A stretch of 64,000 bases of DNA from positions 18,414,001 through 18,478,000 of the forward strand of contig OZ024760.1 in assembly GCA_964016885.1 (NCBI GenBank), given 5' to 3'. Of this stretch, positions 1 to 13,382 are shown one piece after another. Under the pieces are notes generated by a model. That model saw only the letters and a program-made list of their open reading frames with translations, was not told where the DNA came from and did not search any database. Made by a program: the position numbers and the translations under genes. Position 1 is the stretch's first letter, and each line of letters starts with the position of its first letter. This DNA comes from Eledone cirrhosa (taxonomy: Eukaryota).

Positions 1-252
1 GGGTTAAGTGATAGAAATGGTTTGACAAATGTGAAAATATTTTACCAGAATGTCAGAAATGCTTAGGAAGAAATATATAATGAAATAAATAAAACTTGTA
101 GCCAAAAATTAATGAATTAACCATCGTCTATTTGTTTTTTTTATTTACAGGTAGCTAGCTGAAGTGTGACACCTGGACCCCTTTAATCTCTGATCACATT
201 GTTTGTGATCAGCTTCCTTCAACTGTGATAACCAGTCTTGATTGAGCTGTGA

Positions 253-309
253 ATGATGGCTGATGCTATAATCTGTTTTCCTTGCTGTTTTACAGTACAA
301 CCACAACCG
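253..309 (+). CDS. CDC42SE2: CDC42 small effector (SPEC family), coding exon 1: MMADAIICFPCCFTVQPQP
   Basis: ATG at 253 within an exon starting at 151 (tttacag acceptor). Donor ccg|gtaagt at 309, phase 0. CxxCC...QPQP matches the CDC42SE N-terminus. Confidence 0.88.
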
Positions 310-794
310 GTAAGTACTTGCTGAGTGGGTGAGGGCCACTTCTCCTTACTACTACTAATAATAATTGTTTCTACTTTTGGCACAAGGCCAGCAATTACCC
401 AGTGTATTACTGGTACTTTATTTTTATCGACCCCGTAAGGATGAAAGGCTAAGTTAACCCCGGCAGGACTTGAACTCAGACTGTAAAGGGACGTAACTCT
501 ATGCTGGAAAGCATGGCGTCCAACCCTGTACCAAAGGCCAAACAATTACCCCAGTGCATTGCTGGTACTTTATTTTTATTGACCCCCGTAAGGATGAAAG
601 GCTAAGTTAACCTCGGTGGGACTCGAACTCAGACTATAAAGGGACGTAACTCTTTCTTAGAAGTGTCAGTGTTGGTGCCACCATGCCATAAAATGCACCC
701 AGTCCACTCTGTAAAGTGGTTGGTATTAGGAAGAGCATGCAGCTATAGAATTATGCCAAAATATGATGATAATATATATATACGCTAATATACA

Positions 795-846
<52 letters not shown>

Positions 847-976
847 GACACACACACACACATATGTATATATATATATATATGTAGACACACACATATG
901 TATATATATATATATATACAGACCTATATATATCATCATCATCATCATTGTTTTAGGGGTCTGCTTTTCTATGCTT

Positions 977-1126
<150 letters not shown>

Positions 1127-1203
1127 TATATATAGGAAAAGATTCAGGACCCCGATGGCTGAGCTCTGGCCATTACGACAGCTAGATCAGAACCTCTCTC
1201 TCG

Positions 1204-1234
<31 letters not shown>

Positions 1235-1240
1235 CATACA

Positions 1241-1276
<36 letters not shown>

Positions 1277-1630
1277 TTTACATACATATATATATATTTA
1301 CATACATATATATATATATATTTATATATATATATATATTTATATATTTATATATGTATATAACGAAGGAGTTGTGGAAAGGAACCAGATGGACCATAAC
1401 ACACCAAAGTACTCAATACTTAGGGTAGAAGAGTGGGTAATAGGAAAAAGTATGTCCAGAAATAGCCGTCGAAACGGCTTGAGCTCTGCCGTCGGGGTCA
1501 TACTTTTTCCTATATATATATATATATATATATACATCCTATGATTGTGTTTTGACTACAGTATACACTATAATCTCTGTTACAGCTACAGTACATGTGT
1601 TTGTGAGTGTGTATATATATATATTTATGT

Positions 1631-1661
<31 letters not shown>

Positions 1662-1666
1662 CACAC

Positions 1667-1712
<46 letters not shown>

Positions 1713-3473
1713 TATGAGACCTGTTCGACACAGTTGAACAGGGTGGCCTTCACCACATTCTCGGATGTAAACCCCCCACCCCCACCACCTCCTCCACCAC
1801 CACCTCCAGCACCACCACCACCACCACCACTGCCACCACCACCACCACTGCCACCACCACCACCGTCACCACCACCACCACCACCACCGTCACCACCACC
1901 ACCTCCAGCACCACCACCACCACCACCTCCAGCACCACCTCCAGCACCACCACCACCACCACCATCACCACCACCATCATCACCACCACCACCACCACCA
2001 CCACCACTTCGACCACCACCACCATCACCACCACCACCACCACCACCACCACCACCTCCGTCACCACCACCACCACCACCACCACCACCACCACCACCGT
2101 CACACTCCAACATCAATGGACTTAAACAGTTCCAGTTTTGAAATAACTCTACAATGGTGGAACTGTCTGTCTCTCTCTTTCTCTGACAAATACCAAATAT
2201 AAAATGGTTGGAATATTTCACATTCCTCCCTCCCCATCTCCCTCACCCTCACTCTCCCTTTCTCTCTTCTGACTCTCTCACACACACTCTTTCCTTCCTT
2301 CTCTCTTTTTCTGTCTCTCTCCTCTCTTTTTCTCTGTCTCTCCCCCTCTCTCTCCTTTTAATTTTCTCTCTTTTGTCTCACACACACTCTCTTTCACTTA
2401 CTTTCCCTCTCTCTCTCTCTCTCTCCTTTTTCTCTTCCTCTCTCTCTCTTCTTTTTCTCTCTCTCTTCCTCTCTCTCTCTTCCTCTCTCTCTCTTCATCT
2501 CTCTCTCTCTACATCTCTCTCTATCTCTCTCTCTCCCTCTCCCTCTCCCTCTCCAGACCTTAGTTCTGAAAGACAGCTTCAACAGCAGAAATTAAACCAA
2601 CACCTCACCATCACCCCCACCAGACACCACCATCTCCTCTACGCCACCACACCACCATCTCACCACACCACCAACACCCCACCACCTCTCCATCCCCCCA
2701 GCCCCACACTGTGATTCTGTAATTGAAAATATTATAAGAAAAAAAAAAGTTTTTTGGGGCACTTTATTTTATTTGTTTTTCATTTGATATAGGGGGGAGG
2801 GGTGGGGGTAGGAAGAGGTGTGGTGGTGGTAGTGGTGGAGAGGGGGGGACTACATTCCCGAAGTATTTGTGTACTTTATATATATATATATACATATAAT
2901 GTGTGTGTGTGTGTGTGTGTCTCTGTATGCAAGTGCGCTAAGTATTTCTGTGTGTATATGTGTTTATTGAAAGTATGCATTTGTGTACATATAAGTATGT
3001 AAACATGTGTGAGTAATATGTGTGTGTGTGAAGTAAGCCTGTCCCCTTGTGTGTATGTATGTGTGTGCATTTGTCACTTGTGTATTCATGTGTGTGTGTA
3101 AAGTATGTTATGTACTTTTGTGTGTGTATTTGTTACATGTCTTTGTGTGTGTGTAAAGTGTGTGAACGTGTGTGAACGTGTGTGTGTTTGAAATATAGCC
3201 TGCATCCCTTGTGTGTGTGTGTGTGTACCTGTGTCTATGTGAGAGTGTGTATGTCTGTCTTAGAATGTAGTTATATTAGTATATGTGTGTGTATGTATAT
3301 ATATGCATGTGTGTATATGTGTGTGTATGTATATATATGTATGTGTGTATATGTGTGTGTATATGTATATATATATATATGTGTATATGTATATATGTGT
3401 GTGTGTGTATATGTATATATATATGTGTATATGTGTATATGTGTATATATGTATGTATATGTGTGTGTGTGTG

Positions 3474-3516
<43 letters not shown>

Positions 3517-4193
3517 ATGTTTGACAGAGTATGTCATTTCTAGTTTCAACTATGAAATTGCTCTCCCAATTTTTACCCTCAAATAACCAAGAATTTCATT
3601 AAATAAATAAATACACACACGGATATATATATACATATATATAAATACTTACATATATATATATATGTATACATACACGTATATATATTTGTATATATAC
3701 ACACATATATATATATGTATACATACACATATATATATATGTATACATACACATATATATATATGTATACATACACATATATATATTTGTATATATACAC
3801 ACATATATATATGTATGTATACATATATATATATATGTGTATATATACACACATATATATATATATATTTGTATATATACACACACATATATATATATAT
3901 ATTTGTATATATACACACATATATATATATATTTGTATATATACACACATATATATATATATATATATATTTATTAAAATAACAGATTAAATATATATAT
4001 ATATATATTCTAACCCATGCTAGCGTGGAAGAACGGACGTAAAACGGTGATGATGATGATATATATGTATGTGTGTGTGTGTGTGTGTGTGTATGTATAT
4101 GTGTGTGTGTGTGTATATATATGTGTGTGTGTGTGTATATATATATGTGTGTGTGTATATATATGTATATATGTGTGTATATATATGTGTGTG

Positions 4194-4280
<87 letters not shown>

Positions 4281-4489
4281 GTGTGTGTGTACATATATAT
4301 ATACGTGTATGTATGTATAAGTGGCTGCCATGCCTACTCAATCTTATCGGTTACTTGGTATAATTGGACTTATATTTTCATCTTCTCAGCAAGCTAAATG
4401 TTTTTATCAACAGCACTGTAGACACCACATGTAGCCTGATAAACAGAGTTTTGTTTTAATAGAAGTGAACTGTTGCTCTTAAGAGATTT

Positions 4490-5440
4490 AACATAATTAA
4501 TACTGTAATATAATTTAGAATTTCACTATAATATATAACATATCACATATCTAATACTGTAATATAATTTATAATTTCAGTATACTATATAACATAATAT
4601 ATAGTATAGTGATGTAATATAATTTAGAATTTAAGTATAATATATAACATATTATCATGTAATATAGTGATGTAATATAATTTAGAATTTCAGTATAATA
4701 TATAACATATTATCATGTAATATAGTGATCTAATATAATTTAGAATTTTACTATAATATATAACATAATATCATGTAATATAGTGATCTAATATAATTTA
4801 GAATTTTACTATAATATATAACATAATATCATATAATATTGCGGTGTAATATCATTTAGAATTTTACTATAATATATAACATAATATCATATAATATTGC
4901 GGTGTAATATAATTTAGAATTTTACTATAATATATAACATAATATCATATAATATTGCGGTGTAATATAATTTAGAATTTTACTATAATATATAACATAA
5001 TATCATATAATATTGCGGTGTAATATAATTTAGAATTTTACTATAATATATAACATAATATCATATAATATTGCGGTGTAATATAATTTAGAATTTTACT
5101 ATAATATATAACATAATATCATATAATATTGCGGTGTAATATAATTTAGAATTTTACTATAATATATAACATAATATCATATAATATTGCGGTGTAATAT
5201 CATTTAGAATTTTACTATAATATATAATATAATATATAGTTTAGTGATGTAATATAATTTAGAATTTCAGTATAACATATAATATAATATATAGTATAGT
5301 GATCTAATATAATTTAGAATTTCAGTATAATATATAATATAATATATAGTATAGTGATGTAATATAATTTAAAATTTTACTATAATATATAACATAATAT
5401 CATATAATATAGCGATATTATATAATTCATAATATCAATA
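4490..5440. repeat. AT-rich minisatellite, ~58-bp unit
   Basis: ataatatataacataatatcatataatattgcggtgtaatataatttagaattttact repeated, with degenerate ends. Confidence 0.9.
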
Positions 5441-5678
5441 TTGCTTGCTCTAATTGGTTGACAAGATCCCAGGCCTCATTTGCTTGCTAAGTGGGGTGGA
5501 ACTCATCAAATCCAACCAGTGATCGTAAGTCCAGCATACTTACCACTGGGTCATATGTCTTAACCCTTTAGCATTTAAACTGACTGTATCCAGCCAGAAT
5601 TCTTTCACCTCTGTTTGTTCAATTTGGTCATAACTGGCTCCTCATACTGATGTTAAGGTATTGTTCTCAAAATAAATA

Positions 5679-5847
5679 CCGTATTTCCTGACGTCAAAGA
5701 TGCTACTTATTCACTAAAATAAGCCCCAACAATCTACCGTGTGTCCCGAAGGCTGAAGGTTGTTTATTTTTTTTTTTTCAAGTTTTTGGTTGTGAAAATT
5801 AGGGTCTGTCCTCCAGGACGAAGCGTCTTCAGTGCCAGGAAATACGG
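5679..5847. mobile_element. pogo/Tigger-like MITE
   Basis: TIRs CCGTATTTCCTG / CAGGAAATACGG flanked by a TA duplication; interrupts the piggyBac-like MITE. Confidence 0.8.
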
Positions 5848-5908
5848 TAATATCAAAATCTCATAGATCTGATATTATGCGAGATACAATAGTATATATA
5901 GAATAATG

Positions 5909-6152
5909 AAGGCGCATGGCTTAGTGGTTAGAGCATTGGCCTTGCAATCGAAAGGTTGTGAGTTCAATTCTCGGACTGGGTGATGTGTTGTTTCCTTGAG
6001 CAAGACACTTTATTTCACATTGCTCCAGTTTACTCAGCTGTAGAAATAAGATGATAGGACTGGGGTCCCTATCATTAAATCACCCAAGACACCTCCAACG
6101 AGATATACCTTGGAGGAGGCCAGCTAAACCTGCATAGGTGTGAGCTGTCAAC
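5909..6152 (+). mobile_element. tRNA-derived SINE with 13-bp target-site duplication
   Basis: A box tggcttagtgg, B box gttcaattc. TSD atatagaataatg at 5896-5908 and 6153-6165. Confidence 0.85.
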
Positions 6153-6448
6153 ATATAGAATAATGGGTTAATATAATGATGTAATATAATTTAGAAGTTC
6201 AATATAATATAGATATAGTATTATACAAATTATTTTATAATATAAACTAGCTGATAAAGTGTTATATTGTTTTAATCCAAATGAAAATAGACATTGCATG
6301 TTGTTAATGCCAGGGTCTAATACTATTAGCTTGTAAAATTTGATTTGATTTGGGCGAACTGTTTGGGAATGCATAAGGAAAATACAGACAGACAGAGAGG
6401 CAAATCATTTTATATAGAGAGAGTGTAGCTCATTAGAGCTGTGTGTAA

Positions 6449-6486
<38 letters not shown>

Positions 6487-7167
6487 ACTTCCAACACATA
6501 TTTTCCTTTGTAAAAACCCCCAAAAAATGAAGTCATGAAAACTTTAGGGGTTTTAATGGTACAGGATGGAAGGGAGGGGGTGTTTAAAGAAGAATTCAGC
6601 ACCTTTCTGTCTGTTCCTTAATGACAGATATGGCTGATGTTTAGTCTATGGAAAGAGAGTTTGAGTGGTTGGGGCGTGTGTGGGTAGTAGTGGTGGAGGT
6701 GATGGTTAGATTGTGGTATTTGGTGGTGGTGGTGGTTGTGATGTTTGGATTGTATTGGTAGTGGTTGGGTGGTGGTGGTGGTGGTGGTAGTAGTGATGGT
6801 AGTCGTGGCGGTGGTGGTGGTGGTAGTCATGGTGGTGTTTGGTGTGTTGGAGGCTAAACCGTGTTTTTTTTTTTTAGTTGTTGGAGAGAACTCCAAAGTC
6901 ATTTCTAGAATGTTCTGAGGTATGTGTTGGTAAAAGATAGTTAAGTCTTCCAGATTGTGGCAGGCAGCTACTTCTGTCAACATTGGTAAGGAACAGATGG
7001 TGTTGAAGAGTAAAACGGCACCGGCTATCTTGGAACTAGGGTAGGGAATGTTCTGGAAGCTAAAAAAAAAACCTGTTTTTTGAGGTGAGATTTAATAGTT
7101 TCAGTTAGATGGAATGGTAAGGGAAGAATTCCATAAATATTTCCAGGATCAACAAGTTGGGAGTTCC

Positions 7168-7255
<88 letters not shown>

Positions 7256-7638
7256 AGGCTGTGTGAGTGTGTGTTTGTGTCTGAGTATGTGCTTGTGTGT
7301 TTAGGTTGTGTGTGTGTGTGTCTGAGTGTGTTTAGGTTGTGTGTTTGGGCTGTGTGTGTGTTTGTGTCTGAGTGGGTACTTGTGTGCTCAGGTTGTGTGT
7401 GTGTGGACAGTGTGTGTTTGTCTGAATGTGTTTAGGATGCGTATGTGTGTGTTTTTGTTTGAGTGTGTTTAGGTTGTGTATGTGTGGGAGTGTGTATATA
7501 TGTTGTAGCTGTACATATGTATGTATATATATATCGAATGTGTATATATATTACCCCAGATGAAATGGCTCGTTTAGTCCTGCTAAATGTCATGTATACA
7601 GTTTATTACCTTCACGTTTTCTTGTTTGTTCTTTCCAG

Positions 7639-7773
7639 CAAAAAAGGCGACGAAGAAAAATTGATGCAAGTATGATAGGTTTACCAACAAATTTCCAACA
7701 CACGGGCCATGTAGGGTCTGGTGATGTAGGGAACAGGAGTTATGGCACTAGTAATGAAGGAAGTAGAAACCAT
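7639..7773 (+). CDS. CDC42SE2: CDC42 small effector, coding exon 2 with CRIB motif: [29 protein letters not shown]...
   Basis: Acceptor ttctttccag, donor cat|gtaagt, 135 nt, phase 0/0. Basic stretch plus IGxPxNFxHxxHVG CRIB consensus. Confidence 0.95.
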
Positions 7774-8065
7774 GTAAGTATATTTTTTTACATTTGGAGG
7801 TTCAGGCTACCATTGTAGTGCACCCGAGCACTGTCCCAATAATTTCATTATTATTTTTTTTATTATAAGAAATTTGTTATCGTTTCTGCCCCTCCCTGCT
7901 CACTCTCCTGTCTTTCTAGGTCTTCTTTAATTCCTCATTCTATTTTCTGATGAAGGACTAGAGTCCAAAACATTAACATTCGTTTCCTACTGTATCAAGC
8001 GTAAAACTAATAATATATTTCTTCATTGTACTGTGTCATTTGCTTTGTTATTTCTATTTACCTTT

Positions 8066-8098
<33 letters not shown>

Positions 8099-8206
8099 TT
8101 ATAATTGCAAGAGATGTCAACATAAATAGACCTGTTATTTTTATCTAAAGACATTTTTTCCAATTCAAACCCGCCCCTCCCTTAATCTATCTAATTTCTC
8201 ATTCTT

Positions 8207-8242
8207 TCTTCTAATGAAGGACCAGTGTCCGAAACGTTAAGA
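8207..8242 (+). ncRNA. Minimal hammerhead with G5>A core mutation (family G); second mutated copy at ~7944-7980
   Basis: tctt-CTAATGA-a-ggac(cagt)gtcc-GAAAC-GTT-aaga. The sister copy has CTGATGA-a-ggac(taga)gtcc-AAAAC. Confidence 0.7.
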
Positions 8243-8334
8243 CCCTCTTCCTGCTATTTCAAGCGTTAACCTAATATATCCCTTCCATATACTGTACCGA
8301 TTGTGTTGTTATTTCTGTTTACCTTTTACATATA

Positions 8335-8378
<44 letters not shown>

Positions 8379-8465
8379 GGAAAATTTGAACAGGAACAAA
8401 ACAGAGAGGCAGTACAACGAATGTTTATTAATTTCACGCTCTGGAGAGTGGGGTGGTGGTGGGGA

Positions 8466-8497
8466 ACGACGTTTCGGGCATAAACCCTTCCTCAGGT
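8466..8497 (-). ncRNA. Minimal type I hammerhead ribozyme (family G), intact core
   Basis: Minus strand: ac-CTGAGGA-a-ggg(tttatg)ccc-GAAAC-GTC-gt. Loopless self-complementary stem III (ACGT); stem I only 2 bp. Confidence 0.7.
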
Positions 8498-8978
8498 GAG
8501 AAGTGTGTGGGAACAGAGTTCAAAGGGTGTGTAGGGGAGTGGTGGAGAGACATATAGCGAAAGGAAACGGTGCGAATGCAATTAAAAATAAAAATAAATC
8601 ATGATCAAAATAAAAAGAAATGAAATAAAAATAAATATAAAAGCATGATCAAAATAAACTGAAATTTAAAAAGGGGTAAAACAGGTGGTGGAAGGGTGTG
8701 GGGTGTGTAGGGGTGGTGGCGGGTGGAGTGGGGAGAGGGAGACGGGGTGTCCGAGCGGGGAGGGCTGGAGGCGGTGTGTGTGTATGTGAAAGCAAGGGTT
8801 GGGGGAAGAACGGGGTTGCATGTTCAGGAAGAGGTGTGTGTGGGGGGGGTTGTAGGTCGGAGTGTCTGTGCGTGTGTGGATAGAGGGGTGGGGGGAGAGG
8901 AATCAGGAGGCTGAGGGTGTAAATATGTGGTGGAAAGCACGTGTGTGTGGGGTTTAAGCGTGTTGTGGGTGTAGGTGG

Positions 8979-9026
<48 letters not shown>

Positions 9027-10574
9027 GTTATTCCGGGTTGAATCGGAGGTAACCACAGTAAGTAAGGTAGTCAATACATTGCAGAGTATAAAAGTTTTAA
9101 TATAGATGAGATTCTACAGGACTAGAACTGTCTCATTCTTTAGAAATCATCAGGAATCTGGGTATCAAAAAATAAATATGGTATTTATAGGCCTCTTCAG
9201 GTGGTAGGAGAGGGTGGGGAGTGGGATGGGTAGAGGTCATTGGTTGATAGAAAAGGGAATTCATTAAAAGCTAATTCTTTAAAGCTATAATTTATATTTA
9301 GAGTAACAAAGGCAGAAAGAATTCTATAAACAAGTTCAGGATGGGGTGCCACTCCTTATTTTTAAGTTTCTCTTAAGCTAACAATGCCTATATTTCACGT
9401 GTCTATAAGATCATTGGGGGTCAGTCATGGTACTTTATATATATATATAAATATATATATAAAGTACTCTATGCATGGGAAGAAGCAGATTGGGTGTATA
9501 GAAAGGTTAAAACCCAACCGCAATGTCTAATGGTTTCAGCTTGTAATTGGAAGCCTTTACCAGCCAAAACTGCCAGTCTTCCCGGTTCAGTTTTTACATT
9601 CCTCCAAACCTATTCTGCTTCTCTCCCTGCATAGAGTACTCCCCTGATTTGGGATCTCCCCAGCCTCAGCAACACAGACTTTGATCAGGGTTGACCTTGA
9701 GCTAAACAAACTGATCGCAGCTCTGTTTTGACCAGAGATGACCATGGGTTAAACAAACTGACCACCACAAATGTGTTTGACCAGGACCAAACATTAACAA
9801 CCTACATAATAAAATAATTGCTATAATTGGTTGGGAATGGGGTCAATATTGGCAGAACGGTCTCTTTAGAACTTGCTGGAATGTATTTAAATCGCTAAAT
9901 ATAGCATTCAGTGATGGCAGACGAGAAAAATAATTAGTTCTTTGTCAGTAATTAAGGCATTTATTGTGAGTATTAAAGTATCATCTTTGTTAAATTGGAA
10001 ATTAAGGTCAGACACTCCCCAAACATAATTTTGTATGATGTAAACATTATAACAAGGAAGATGGGAGGAATGGAACGAAGTCATGAGGCAGCAAGGCAAT
10101 ATTTAGTGTCGTTAGTATCGTTAACATTCCAGTACTACCAATTTACAGAGTGTACTAGCTGTATTTTATTGTGGTACCAGCACTACCGCTTTACAGAGTG
10201 TACTGGGTGTATTTTATCATGACACCAACACTACCACTTTACAGAGTGTACTAGGTGTATTTTATGGTACCAGCACTACCACTTTAAAGAGTGTACTGGG
10301 TGTGTTTTATCATGGTACCAGCACTACCACTTTACAGTGTGTACTGGGTGTTTTATTGTAGTACCAACCTTACCACCACCACCACAGTCCACCAAACCTC
10401 TACTACCACCACCACCACCACCACAGTCCACCACCACCAAATGTCAATATATCAAGTAGAAATGTCTCTTTCAAGGATGGTGACATAAGAAGTTACTGTC
10501 ACCTATCCCACACTGACATTGGTATTCATTTCTGTCTGTCTGTCAAGTTTTTTATCTGTCTGTCTGTCTGTCCC

Positions 10575-10990
10575 TTAGCTAATAAATACCTCTATGTTAG
10601 TTATAGTCCTTAGTTAATAACTCTACCTTATATTATGTAGCTAATACCCCTATCTCATAGTTCCTAGATAATAAATGCCTCTGTTATAGTCCCTAGCTAA
10701 TAAATACCTCTATCTTACTGTCCCTAGTTAATAAATCTATCTTATATTAGGTAGCTAATACTCCTATCTTATAGACCCTAGCTAATACTCCATGTTATAG
10801 ACCCTAGCGAATATCTCCATCTTATAGACCCTAGCTAACAAATGCCTCTGTTATAGTCCCTAGCTAACAAATGCCTCTGTTATAGTCCCTAGCTAACAAA
10901 TGCCTCTGTTATAGTCCCTTGCTAATACTTGTCTTATAGTCCCTAGCTAATAAATACTTCTATCATATAGATAGAGCATGGCTAATATCT
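10575..10990. repeat. Degenerate ~29-bp minisatellite upstream of the last CDC42SE exon
   Basis: ttatagtccctagctaacaaatgcctctg units. Confidence 0.8.
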
Positions 10991-11036
10991 CTCTCTCTCT
11001 CTCTCCATTTCATGGTATCTTGTTATTATTTTTCAG

Positions 11037-11180
11037 TTAAATTCCATTCAAAACCAGATGTCCTCCAAGGGTGGTTATGATCTTGTCACACCAATTGAAA
11101 ACTATGACTCCCTCTCGCCAGTTGAACACCAGATTCCATTGAAAGACTTACAAAAAGAGAATGTTGAGAACCATACTTAA
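11037..11180 (+). CDS. CDC42SE2: CDC42 small effector, last coding exon: LNSIQNQMSSKGGY...ENHT*
   Basis: Acceptor tttttcag, phase 0. SIQNQMxSKGGY is the conserved CDC42SE C-terminal block. TAA at 11178-11180; spliced product 111 aa. The paralogue label (SE1 vs SE2) is nominal. Confidence 0.92.
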   Translation, partial: LNSIQNQMSSKGGYDLVTPIENYDSLSPVEHQIPLKDLQKENVENHT

Positions 11181-11632
11181 ATATCATGTGAGTTATTCTC
11201 AAGCTTCTCAGTTGCTGGCAGAGACATTGCTCCACCATCATCACCACCACCACCACCACCACCACCACCACCACCATCACCACCATCACCACCATCACCA
11301 CCACCACCACCATCACCACCACCACCATCCTCATCATCGTCGTCATGTTCTTTATCATCAATATCATGCTCAACCTATTGCTACTTTCACAATCAGTTAT
11401 GGTCTCATCATCATCATCATCATTTTACGTCCGCTTTCCCCTGCTTGCAAGAGTGGGACGGGTCCTATTCAGCACAGCATCTCACCACTTGTCACGGTCC
11501 TTCGTCATCTCCCTCCCCGTGAGTTTCAGCGATCTGAGGTCTGCTCTCACCACCTCCGCCCATGTTTTTTGTGGTCTTCCTCTACTGCATCTTCCTTCCA
11601 CTGGGATTTCTTGGCACTTCTTTACCCAGCGG

Positions 11633-11696
<64 letters not shown>

Positions 11697-11826
11697 ATAC
11701 TTTGGGAGGGTCATGTTGCCAATAAGAAACACACGCACCAGTTGCTTTCACTTCAATTTATTATAATAAATTTATAAATTTCCGGTTGGTTGGTTGGTTC
11801 CACAACCAGATGGTTGTTTATATATT

Positions 11827-11869
11827 GTCAAAGTTCTTTCGTCACACATTCTGTGACCTCTTCAGTGAC
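11827..11869 (-). ncRNA. Type I hammerhead ribozyme (family K), intact core
   Basis: Minus strand: gtca-CTGAAGA-g-gtcac(agaatgt)gtgac-GAAAG(aa)CTT-tgac. Degenerate copy at ~36623-36665 (+). Confidence 0.8.
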
Positions 11870-11959
11870 TGGGGGTTCTTTTCTTTGTTTTTTTTTTGTG
11901 CCTCTCCTTTGTTCCGTCCTACGCCATCAAAACAAGATGGCGTAGGACAGAACAAAGGA

Positions 11960-12240
11960 GAGGCATGTGGCCTAGTGGTAAGGGTGTTGGACTTATGATC
12001 ATAATGTTGTGGGTTCGATTCCTGGGTTGTATGTTGTGTTGTGTTCTTAAGCAAAACACTTCATTTCACGTTGCTCCAGTATACTCAGCTCAAAATGAGT
12101 ACCAGCAATAGCTGGGGGTTTAACCCTGTGATGGACTGGCGTCCTGTCCAGGGGGGAGTCTTGTACTCTGTCACTTCACGCCATGAAACCAGGATAAGCA
12201 CCAGCCAAATGAGCCTTCTGGCTTAAGACAGACTTTAGAC
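11960..12240 (+). mobile_element. tRNA-derived SINE with Meta/HE1-like internal domain
   Basis: tggcctagtgg and gttcgattcc boxes; ccctgtgatggactggcgtcctgtccagggg block. Confidence 0.65.
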
Positions 12241-12477
12241 TTTATGTATATATATATATGAGTGAGAGAGAGAGGGTAGTTCAGTGAAATACTGGTGGTG
12301 GTACCAAATCAAGTACTTTATGCGCAGTCAGAGTGTATATAATAGAAAAAAACGAGGAAGTTTTGTTTACATATGAAAAATCCTTTGCGAAATGTGCGTA
12401 ACAGGTCGATATACAAATATTTTTCATGTGTAAACAAAACTTCCTCATTTCTTCTATAATATATATATTTATATATC

Positions 12478-12519
<42 letters not shown>

Positions 12520-12694
12520 TCCCTCCCTATATATATATATATATATATCTGTGTGTGTTTGTGTATAGAACAATAAAAATAAGGCAACAGTCAGAGGTGG
12601 GTGTTTGTTTTTCATGTTGGATGTACACCCTTCCTAATAGGATGTATTGATGCAAACACTGCCACTATTGAGTGGGCTGGGTGTATTATATTGT

Positions 12695-13382
12695 GACACC
12701 AACACATCCACTTTATAGAGTGTACTGGGTGTGTTTTATCATGACACCAACGCTACCACTTTACAGAGTGTACTGGGTGTGTTTTATCATGACACCAACG
12801 CTACCACTTTACAGAGTGTACTGGGTGTGTTTTATCATGACACCAACGCTACCACTTTACAGAGTGTACTGGGTGTGTTTTATCATGACACCAACGCTAC
12901 CACTTTACAGAGTGTACTGGGTGTGTTTTATCATGACACCAACGCTACCACTTTACAGAGTGTACTGGTTGTGTTTTATCATGACACCAACGCTACCACT
13001 TTACAGAGTGTACTGGGTGTGTTTTATCATGACACCAACGCTACCACTTTACAGAGTGTACTGGTTGTGTTTTATCATGACACCAATGCTACCACTTTAC
13101 AGAGTGTACTGGGTGTGTTTTATCATGACACCAACGCTACCACTTTACAGAGTGTACTGGGTGTGTTTTATCATGACACCAACGCTACCACTTTACAGAG
13201 TGTACTGGGTGTGTTTTATCATGACACCAACGCTACCACTTTACAGAGTGTACTGGTTGTGTTTTATCATGACACCAACGCTACCACTTTACAGAGTGTA
13301 CAGGGTGTGTTTTATCATGACACCAACGCTACCACTTTACAGAGTGTACAGGGTGTGTTTTATCATGACACCATCACTACCC
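12695..13382. repeat. 48-bp minisatellite, ~14 near-identical copies
   Basis: agagtgtactgggtgtgttttatcatgacaccaacgctaccactttac. Confidence 0.95.

Larger units (their letters stand above)
5564..6167. mobile_element. piggyBac-like MITE (TTAA-CCCTTTAGCATTTA) carrying two nested insertions
   Basis: Collinear with the uninterrupted copy at ~19721-19928. Other copies at 46464-47627, ~48113-48332, ~57483-57702 (-) and a partial one at ~37705. Confidence 0.75.

Noticed and set aside
296-309. 14-nt microexon (ttttacag...gtaagt)
   Set aside because: The apparent acceptor lies within coding sequence (CCFTV) of the larger exon 151-309.
5909-5980. tRNA genes (also ~11960, 37920 and 38375)
   Set aside because: A and B boxes are present, but they continue into SINE bodies and give no complete cloverleaf.
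11161-11766. Poly-histidine protein ORF
   Set aside because: A (CAC)n tract downstream of the CDC42SE stop, running into an antisense RTE fragment.
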